Positions 9,514 through 18,800 of a stretch of 64,000 bases of DNA are shown here, piece by piece. Within the stretch, counting starts at the first letter, position 1. Every line of letters starts with the position of its first letter. This DNA is from Chthonomonadales bacterium (GTDB lineage Bacteria; Armatimonadota; Chthonomonadetes; Chthonomonadales; CAJBBX01). The stretch is taken from assembly GCA_037443035.1 (NCBI GenBank), contig JBBIPC010000007.1, forward strand, positions 96,001 through 160,000, read 5' to 3'. A model generated the notes under the pieces. That model was not told the DNA's origin. It worked only from the letters and a program-made list of their open reading frames with translations, and did not search any database. The translations under genes were made by a program, and so were the position numbers.

Positions 9514-10497
9514 TCAATTGGCTGCTTCCATGGTAGATCCGCCCCGCGTCCCGGCGCCGCCACCGCTGGCCCGGGGACCGCCCATCATGGGCGGACCCAT
9601 GGGTGGACCACCCATCGGCGGACCACCGCTGCCAATACCTCCTGGCCGCGCCATTCCCATGGAACTCGCGCCAGGTCCACTGACCGTACCAGGCATACCG
9701 CCGGGCCCACCGACTCTACCTGGAGGTCCGCCCATGCCCATGGGACCGCCCATGCCCATAGGGCCGCCCATACCCATAGGGCCGCCGCCACCGCCGCCCG
9801 AACCGCTGATACGCGGTATCTGGACGGGCAGGTTATCCCGCACGATGATCGTGAAGGTCACTATGTACGTAGCAGAAAGGTTCGGACTGTTGCCGCTAAT
9901 CTGGAGTCCATCCACCACCGGCACACCCGCTTGCGACAGCGACGACCACGACTTGATGTGCTGCATAAGCTTGTCGAGGTTCTTGGCTCGCACGGCCATC
10001 TGGTAAGAGTAATGCAAAACAGGCCCGTAGCCTTCGCCCGGCTGTCCCACATCGATCGTGTTCGGATCGGGACCGTAGGAGGGCAGAACGAGCGTACCCG
10101 GGTTCTCCCAGATGATCCCGTTCAGCTTCCTTTCACGCTCCATGTGGTTGCGTACGGTCCGTATGAACCGCTCTGGCCATGAACGACCGCGGTTGGGTAG
10201 GAACGTGCGCAGCCACGTCGTCAACGTATCCTTGGAGTAGCCAATGACGGGCATGTACTGCTTCTCGTAGACGCTCCATTCCGCCTCGGCGAGCGCTTTG
10301 TCCTTGTTCGCCTGCTCCAGCGCCCGCGTTGCCATGGGCAGTTTGTCGGCGCGCGCCTGAACTGCCGACAGGTCCTGCTCGGCCTTCTTCTTGGCATCCA
10401 GGGCGCCTGTTATCACCGTGAAGTAGAGGCCAGCGCCAACGAGAAGCGCAACCACCAGTCCGATGATATTGATGTGGAGAATGGTCAGCTTCGACAT
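9514..10497 (-). CDS. PilO-like inner-membrane alignment protein with long Gly/Met/Pro tail
   Basis: N-terminal TM, coiled coil, ferredoxin-like alpha/beta region; position between pilN and pilP-like genes; start at ATG 10497. Confidence 0.65.
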   Translation of the reverse strand: MSKLTILHINIIGLVVALLVGAGLYFTVITGALDAKKKAEQDLSAVQARADKLPMATRALEQANKDKALAEAEWSVYEKQYMPVIGYSKDTLTTWLRTFLPNRGRSWPERFIRTVRNHMERERKLNGIIWENPGTLVLPSYGPDPNTIDVGQPGEGYGPVLHYSYQMAVRAKNLDKLMQHIKSWSSLSQAGVPVVDGLQISGNSPNLSATYIVTFTIIVRDNLPVQIPRISGSGGGGGGPMGMGGPMGMGGPMGMGGPPGRVGGPGGMPGTVSGPGASSMGMARPGGIGSGGPPMGGPPMGPPMMGGPRASGGGAGTRGGSTMEAAN

Positions 10498-10513
10498 GTC
10501 ACATGCGCTCCCT

Positions 10514-11329
10514 CTACTTACCGCCCACGCCGCCCGGTGCCTGCATCCCTGCGGCCATCGGTACGTTCGGCGCACCACCGCTACCCATCATGGAAGCCCC
10601 CATGCCCATGCTCATGCCGCCAGACCCACCCGGCGCCGTGAATCCGCCGCCCATACCGGGCATGCCAGGCATACCGCCTGCTGCACCTCCTGCGGCAGCT
10701 CCGCCTCCGGCGCCTCCGTATGCCGGCGCTCCAGCGATGGGTTTGACCAGCGTCAGGGTCACCGTGAAGTCGTAGCCTCCAGCGTTAGGTGGACGGATGC
10801 CCGACCCTTGCGGCTGACCATTGAAGCCAGGCGGCACAGGGAACGTCGGCAGTCCTGTCAACTGAATGTTCACGTGGCTCACGTTGGGGTTGTGTTCCAT
10901 CCACATCAGGTAGTGTCCTACCTGAGCAAGGCTCGGAGCATAGGCAGTGAGGGTTACCGTTTGCCCAGCGGGCTGCAGGGAATAGTAAAGCACGCCCTTC
11001 ATCGTGTAATCCCGGATGTTATAGACGACCGGCTGATAGGTCGTGCTGTTATGGAGCCTGGCGTTCTTCACGAAGTCACGCTTGGCCCGGATAGCGCTAG
11101 ACTGCTCGTTGATCTGATTGGCCTGGGCCTGGAGCCTGTCTGCCTTGTCTGCGTCCGGCGTCAGGCGCTGGGTCTCGGCGACAAGAGCAGCCGTCTGTCC
11201 ATCTATCTGCACCTTGCCGAAGATGAAACCGCCGATCACAACCAGCAAGATGATGACCCAGAGGACCATCACGTTCCGGCGCTTGGCACCTTCGTAGATG
11301 TAGGGGGGCAGGAGGTTGATTCGTAGCAT
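10514..11329 (-). CDS. pilN: type IV pilus assembly protein PilN
   Basis: N-terminal RINLLP motif (PilM-binding), TM helix, coiled coil; directly after pilM. Confidence 0.85.
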   Translation of the reverse strand: MLRINLLPPYIYEGAKRRNVMVLWVIILLVVIGGFIFGKVQIDGQTAALVAETQRLTPDADKADRLQAQANQINEQSSAIRAKRDFVKNARLHNSTTYQPVVYNIRDYTMKGVLYYSLQPAGQTVTLTAYAPSLAQVGHYLMWMEHNPNVSHVNIQLTGLPTFPVPPGFNGQPQGSGIRPPNAGGYDFTVTLTLVKPIAGAPAYGGAGGGAAAGGAAGGMPGMPGMGGGFTAPGGSGGMSMGMGASMMGSGGAPNVPMAAGMQAPGGVGGK

Positions 11330-11347
11330 CGTGCTGGTTCCCCGTCC

Positions 11348-12622
11348 TTACTTCTTCCCGCGCTTGGCCGGTTTGGCCTTAGCAGGTGTCGGTACGGCCA
11401 CCATGTCGCGTGCAGCCAGGCCCGTGGCCACGGCGAAGATCGGTGACAGCTCGCGGATGTGGTCGGCAGAGTAACTGCGCGCCGCCACGCTCGCATATTT
11501 GAAAGCATCCGCCACTAGCGTGGGAATGCCCAGTTCGATGCTCAGGAACTGATCGAGGTTCTTCAGACCTGCGGTTCCCCCGCAGAGGAGGATTTCGTCC
11601 ACGTGACCGTCGGCGGTTCGCCCTGTGTAGTACTCGATGGAACGGCGGAACTCGGCCACCAGCTCACCCAGTGTCGGTGCGATAGCCATGAAAACCTGCT
11701 GGGTCGTGGGATCGGCTGTGGACGCCGCCACTGGCATCGTCTCTGTAGGCTGCGCAGTCTCGCCCAGGTCGAAGTCGGTGGCGCCAGTGCTAACCCCGGC
11801 GGTGGGCTGTTCGGCTGACAGATCGTAGAAACCCTCCCCCACGGTCGGCGCTTGTACTGCGGGTGCTTCCGTCAGGATGACCTCGCCGTGCCGCCGTTTC
11901 AGTTCTTCCGCCTGTTCCTCGTCGACTCCGAGGTGCTGTGCGATGGCTGCCGTCATCGTATCTCCTGCGAGCGGGAGCGTGCGCGGGAACGCCAGGATGC
12001 CATCGCGGAAGATACCGATATCCGTCGTGGCTGCGCCGATGTTGATGATGGCCACGGTCTTCCTGCCGTAAGGATCTGGCCCCAGCTCGATGAGGCATCT
12101 GGCTGCCGCCAGCGGCTCCACATCGATGGCAGCCGGGCTAAGACCTGCGGCGAACAGCATATTCACATGACGATCCACCATCTCCTGTTGGGCGACCGCC
12201 ATGAGGACTTCCATGTTCTCTGCGTCGGCGTCCGCATCGGCACGAATAACCGGCTGGAAGTCCATGATGACTTCATCGGCGGCGAAAGGAACATGCCTCT
12301 CCACTTCCCATTTCATGGCCTCTGCCAGCTCGGAGTCCGACATCTTCGGCACTTCGATCACGCGTACAACGAGTGCGCCCTGACCAGCCACGGAGCTCAC
12401 TGTCCGCTTCGTGGAGATGCCAGCTTCCTTGAGCATCTTCTTGACGGCATCCCCGAGCGTCTTCGGATCTACGATCACGCCGCTGTCCATGACCTCCGGT
12501 GGTGTCGGCGCCATGCCCATGGCCTTTACCGTGACGCCATTGCGACCCGGCACGAGCTCCACGGCCTTCATGAACTTCGAGCCGATATCTAGTCCGACCG
12601 TCGGTCCTCCCGAACCGCCCAT
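11348..12622 (-). CDS. pilM: type IV pilus assembly protein PilM (actin-like)
   Basis: VGLDIGS, WEVERHVPF, IDVEPLA, INIGAATT, ILLCGGTAGL, ATGLAAR. Confidence 0.95.
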   Translation of the reverse strand: MGGSGGPTVGLDIGSKFMKAVELVPGRNGVTVKAMGMAPTPPEVMDSGVIVDPKTLGDAVKKMLKEAGISTKRTVSSVAGQGALVVRVIEVPKMSDSELAEAMKWEVERHVPFAADEVIMDFQPVIRADADADAENMEVLMAVAQQEMVDRHVNMLFAAGLSPAAIDVEPLAAARCLIELGPDPYGRKTVAIINIGAATTDIGIFRDGILAFPRTLPLAGDTMTAAIAQHLGVDEEQAEELKRRHGEVILTEAPAVQAPTVGEGFYDLSAEQPTAGVSTGATDFDLGETAQPTETMPVAASTADPTTQQVFMAIAPTLGELVAEFRRSIEYYTGRTADGHVDEILLCGGTAGLKNLDQFLSIELGIPTLVADAFKYASVAARSYSADHIRELSPIFAVATGLAARDMVAVPTPAKAKPAKRGKK

Positions 12623-12692
12623 ACTGGGACCCCCCGATTGAATCGTAAGACGACACAGGCACCTGCCCGCACGGGGCAAGCTCGCCCGCTAG

Positions 12693-12721
12693 ATTGTAGC
12701 AACTTTCCCTGCGAGTGTCAA
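12693..12721 (-). promoter_or_regulatory. sigma70-type promoter for pilMNOP-STN-secretin
   Basis: minus strand TTGACA (12721-12716), 17-nt spacer, TACAAT (12698-12693), about 70 nt upstream of pilM. Confidence 0.8.
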
Positions 12722-12884
12722 GCGTGCGGCATCCTTTCGTGCTTACGCCGTGCCGCTGCCGCTCTTTCGACGCCCACAGCCGCAGCAGGGTTACCCTTCG
12801 CCACCGCTTCCGCCGGTTCCTGCAATGCCTGCAGGGCGCCCAGCTGGTTCCTGCACGTGCGCCCGGACGCCACAGTCCCCCGGC

Positions 12885-15800
12885 TCACGGATACGTCTGC
12901 GGATAGAACGAAGGACTCACCGTCATATAGTAAAGGTCTGTTGTACCCGACCGGGTGCTTGCCCAGAACACCCACACACGGTCAACGAATGGATCTTTCA
13001 CTGCCGTGACCTGCCCTTCGTTCACGGCCGCGTCGGTAGGCAACGAGGCTTCGCCCGTCGTCTGATCCCCGGGTGTTGCTGCAACCGTCAGCTCGTCGCC
13101 CCAGCTTACCCTGTAATCAGCCTCTACAGCGCCACCGCCGCTCAGCGCCTGCACAACATGGATCGTGGCGCCCTCGTCAATCTCCGTGAAATACAACCGG
13201 CCTCGCAGCCAATCGATCTCCACCGGTCCGCGGTTGCCGCTGACTTGGATGTTGGATCCGATGGTCCCGTCCGCGTTGCGCACGACGGGCCGCGGTAGGC
13301 GAACCATGAGCCGCATGGTCTTGAAGTAGAGACCGCCGGAACTGGCGACATTGCTGCCTGTCTTCCGGTAGATGAGCCACAGGCGGGAGACCGTCGTCGG
13401 CCGTACGCTCTGCGCCCCGGGTCGGACTGCGTCGGGCTGGGTGATCCTTCGCGGATTGTCCGAGAGATCCAGGAGCGCCACTGCGCCCGTGTTGGCGCCA
13501 GGCGCCTGAACTGCGGGCTGGGGCGCGAATCCAGCATCGGACTGCCAGCCCGCCGGAACGCTAATGACGCCTGTATCGGACCTCGTTACGTTCAGGCGAA
13601 TCGTCTGCGGCGTATACGACACCGTCACCGCGTCGTTGATCTTGGGAGCTACATCCGGGAACGTGATCGTACCCGACTGCGGATCCACCACCACGCGGCC
13701 TCCTAGCGTCGAGTTGAAGTAGAGCTTGCCAGTGGGCGCATCGAAGACCGGTGCGCCGACATTCACCCGCGTACCATTGACCCGAATGACAATCCACGGA
13801 CTGTTGCCAGTACCATCCACGAACGCTCCCGTGTTGGGATCCCGGTAGATCCACGCAACGTCCCGAGCGATCCAGGACTGGGACGCTCCGTACCGAGCTA
13901 CGAGCTCGTTCTCCACCCGCGGGAACGGAGTCACTGCTTGCTGCGCCTGGCCAACTGCCAGCCGCTGTAGCTCGTACCGTGTCATGAACGTTTCCGGCTG
14001 ACCCCGATCGGCAAAGGCAGCGGTATAGACCACGTCCACGTGGGTTATCGTGCTGGCTGCACGCTGATCCGGATGGAGACGACGCGGAACGGGAATGGGA
14101 TTCGAAAGCCCCTGCAGGCCACCCGGTGTGGGCAGCGCGATATCGGCCGACCATCCCGAGGCATTGCGCATACCGTCCGGATTCCGGTTGGGATCGTAGG
14201 CATTGACGTTGTAGTACAAGCGCGTCCTGCCCGAAGTGCCGCCGTACCAGAATACGAAGCCGGTACCGCCGACGACGAGCGGCCTTACTCCCTGTTTCTG
14301 AAGGGTCGGGTCGTTGGGGAAGGAATAGGGTATGCCACCAGGAGCCGAGCTCAGATCTGGCGCGTATACGCCGTTGCCGGACCTGGCAATGGGCACGTAG
14401 AACGTCCTGGCGTCCAACGAAGCGCCACCGGCACCACCAGCGGTCTTGTTCACGGCTCCTTGCCAGAACAGCCACAAGTCCGGACTCCGTCCGGTTGGAG
14501 ACTGGTCCAGAACGAGGGACGGCGCACCATGCACCACCATGGGTTGGCCAAGCTGGTTGACGGGTATCACGCCTGGTACGACCTGCGTCCGTGCACCAGC
14601 CACGACATCCGACGACTGAGATGGGAACAGAGCCTGGGTTGCACCCAATGGCGGGAACGGAGTTGCCAGGCCTGTGGGGCTCCACCATCGTGCTGGCGTG
14701 CCGACAGCTACCTCGAACCGCCAACCGAAGAGGAGCGGCGCAGAGCTGCCCCAGCCGCCAGCAGGGTCGAACGCCGACGCGGCCCCATTCAACTGTGCGT
14801 AGAAGATGCCCCATGGAACATCCTGCATGGTGGGGCCGGCAGCGAAGTTCTCCGGTCGGTTACTGGTCCACGCCAGCAAGATGGCCGTAGACGGCGCGTT
14901 CCCCGAGCCTGTGGTGTGGAAGACCACCGACGGCATGAGGTTCGCCCCGAAGGCTGCTCCCGAGGGGTTCTGAGCCGTCGGAGCTCTCAGGTCCACCTGC
15001 GGCAAGGTGCCGTCCTGCTGCATGTACGGCCCGGTGGGCCATGGCCGCACGGCCGGCGCATTCGTCAGACGCGCCTCCGTGACCTGGATCTTCAGTCGGA
15101 ACGGGTTCTGCACCATCGACTCGACAGGCGCACTGACTGAACTCTGGCGGTCATTGGGATCCACATACGACCGGAAGTCGGGCACACCGTTATCATCTAT
15201 TGCAGCAGCAAGCGGGTTGTCGGCGGCATTGTAGATGGACAGCCATGCCCGCCACTGAGCCGGGTAGTTATCCTCGAAGACATAGACAGGCGCCGAGTAG
15301 GTCCCAGCAGGGGTACCGAGCGGTGGCGCAATGCCGATTCTTGGTCGTACATCCACGCCGATGCGCCGGAGCTCTGGCAGCAACCCGAAGGGATCACCAT
15401 GGGCGACGTCCGGAATGGACAGCACGGTGGGCCCACTGTCGCCCGGCAACGGCTTGTGCAGTGTTGGCCGCACGTTGAGACCCACCCCCCAGCCAAGTGG
15501 GTTGCCGGGACGAACGTAGGGGTTCCCAGGCACGAGGTCGGGTCGCAGTTTGCTGAAACCCGGCACCATGCGAAGGTCGAAGGGCCAGAACAAGAACGGC
15601 TCGATGGGGAGACCCGCGCTGTTGTCATGGTCCAGCGACGAGATGATGCCATAGTTGCTGCCTGGCGTGAGATCCACGTTGAACGGCATGGGCAGGGACT
15701 TGCCCAGTAGCGGAGAGTTCAGTTGCCATGCCAGCGGCATGTCGAACGGATGCCCAGGCGCAGTACCGGTGACCAGCCTCCCCTGGCCGTCGTAGACCGG

Positions 15801-18800
15801 CAGGAAGGGGCTTACCTGGTCGCTCTGCAGGCGTGCCCATGAGCCAGGATAGGCCCATGCGTCCGGCGAATCACCGGCAAGCTTAGCCACCCGTAGGTTC
15901 ACCAGGTTAACGTTGCCGGTGTTCTTGATCGTAAAGGGCGCGAACATCCTCAAGCCGTAAGGGTCGTCGAACGGCGATGTCGAGCCCAGGTACAGGCCCA
16001 CACCGTTCGGCGAGAACGGCATTCCTGGCGCGTACCCGGCGGAATGTGGCACCTTGCCAAGGTCGATGGTCTCTTCCTCGGCGCGCAGACTCAGATCCGG
16101 CGGCACTGCCACGCCGGTGCTGAACTGCCGGAAGACTTCCTCTCGGGCCGTCTGTGTGACCTGGGCGGCCTGCGTCTGGATCGCCGTGCCCTGGTAGCGT
16201 CCATCCCCATTGCTGTCGATATACACGACGATGTCGCCGTAGTAACCCGCGCTCGGCGCCAGCGTGCCCGCCGGGGCTTCCGACGGGGTCTGCGGTGGCC
16301 TGCCAAGTTGGATCAGCATCGGCGCTGCCAGGCCAGGAACGGCGCCCGTGGGATTGTACGGGTTGTTGTTGATGTCGAAATAGGTCAAGTTGACATTGGC
16401 CGGTTGATACTTGGGCACGCTTACCGTCAGCTCCAGGGGTACGTACCTCAGCTCGCCGTTCAGCGACTTGTTCGGCAAGGTCGCAGGCTTGCCAGCAAGG
16501 TCCACCCCGCCCATGCGCACTCTTGCGGCCGTTCTGTCGATGTCGGGATAGTCCGGCGATGTGTTGGGCAGATTGGCGGGGAAGACCTCCCACGGCAACG
16601 GGTTCATGACATTGCCGGTCGCGCGAATGAAGGGATCGCTGGCGTTCGGATCCCAGCCCCACCGCAGACCCCGCCGTTCCACGCGAACATTGTTCAAGCG
16701 CTGATTCAGCTTGTAGAGGTTGGAGCGGTCTGCGATGAACAGAGCATCATGCCTACGGCCCTGACTGTCTGCGCCCAGGTACGTTGCCGAACTGCCATGC
16801 GTGATGAATCCCAGCGGCGCCACAACGCTCTTCAGCGGAGGCTGCCCCGCAGGCGGATTGTAGCGGTTGTTGCCGTTCGCCAGGACTTCCTGTGCAGCGA
16901 CCGCATTGGGTACAGCCGACACCCAGCCGATAATGTTGAGAGCGCTGGGGCCGATCTGCGCACCGGTTGGCACCGCCCTGGTTGTCAGAGCCAGCGGATG
17001 AGCGATGGAGATCTCTTTGCGCGTCGTTACCTTCAGTGTCGTCGCGAGCGAACCATCCAGTCCGTAGGGATCGCTGGTGTTCTTGTCAATAGTGGCCTGC
17101 CCTGCGGCGAGTTGCAGCGACGACACCTGGACACCCGTCTCCGTCGCCAACTGTGCCTGGGCCAGAATCGTGTAGCGGCGCCCTGGCGTCTGGGCATCGG
17201 CCTGGGAACCGCGTCCAAGCGGTATGGCAACCTTGGCCACCCAAGCGTAGAACTGGGATCCGGCCGGATAAGGCGGGCTTGGCGGCACAGGTGGAGTTGG
17301 CGCTGCGTAGTCGCGCACGGCGCCAACTGTCAGCGGCGGCCGTGTCTGACCTGCGCCGAACAGACGGAACGTCACCGTCGGTAGGGGCGGATTCGCTGAT
17401 GTGCTAACGACGACACCCCACGCGGCGGCGTAGATGGTATCACCCCACTCGTACACGATGAGCTTGTCGGGACTTGTCAGCGTGTACTGGCGCTCATGTC
17501 CCGAGTTCCATTCCGTGAGCGGCGAGAGCTTGTCCGCATTATCCTCGGGCAAGCCGAAGAAGTCGTAAGCGAGCGGAACGCCTTTGGGCGGCGTGTCGCC
17601 CTTGCCGTACCAAAGCTCGACAAGCTTCATCGTCATGCTCGTCTCGTCCGGCTCGTCACTGTAGTACGGCTCGTCGGGCGTAACCATGCCCAGCCCGGCT
17701 CCGTCGGCGGCGGTCTTTGCGCGCCAGTAGGCACGCATTTGTCCGTTCACCTCGCCCGTATCCCTGTTGCCTTCGTCAGCACAGAACATCCACGAGTTCG
17801 GCGTAACCGCGTCGGCTCCGCGCTGTCCGACGGCTGTGGGGTAGATCACCGGGTCCGTGAGAGGGCCGTTGGCGCCCATGGCAGTAAGAGGCACCCGGCC
17901 GATCATGGCATCGGTGTAGCTCCACATGAGATCGCCTGCCGTGAGCCGCCCTTGGCCAAGCGCCGAGAGTCCGATGATGGCGCCAGTATCCAACGGCAGC
18001 AAGATCGCCGGGAACTTGTCGCCGGTGAACGTGTCCTGATACCAGGGCTGCGGCAGGAGATGATCCAGATAGACCGCAGACGCCCGCGTCGAGCCGCGTG
18101 ACCAGCTCTCCCACAGGAGTCCTCCCGACGTCGGATTGCCGGTGCGCGACGCATCCAAAGCGAACACACGACCGTCTCGGTTGGCTACGAAGACGACCTC
18201 CTTGCCTCCATTCAGCTCCACCCCGGCTCCGTTGTTCACCTGAGGAACCCAGACTGGAGCCGTGAAGGCCGTCTGCTCCGCCGCAACATCGCCCGACTTG
18301 GCAGGGTTGGCAGGCGAGTTGGCGTACGGATAGGTCCACTCCGGCTGCAGGAACCCGCCGGCGTCCTTGGGCTGTCCGCTGGCGTTCGCGGGAGCCTTGA
18401 TGCAGTACACACGGCCGCCAGCCGAGAAGACGTACTTGCCACTATCCGTGAGTGCACCAGGAAGGACGATGGGATCCAGCCGCGTTGTGGCCTCGGGCCA
18501 TTGCCAGATTGCCTTGCCGTCGTTGGCGGGGTTGGAGATGCGTACTCTCGGATCCAGCGTCTGCAGGTCCACACAGTAGACGTGACCATCACCGGCACCG
18601 ACAATAACGCGATCCGTCCGGAACTGAGCATCCAGCTTCGGTGCACTGGGCGAAGCCGCGAAGCTTGTTTTCGCTGGATCGTCCGTGTAACCACCGAAGC
18701 TCCCGTCGGGCAGCAGCGTACCGCCCTTGTCGAGCCACTTATCTCGTGCCAGGGTCGGCCATGTCATCAGCCGGCGTGTGGTGCCTGGGATACCTGGCGT

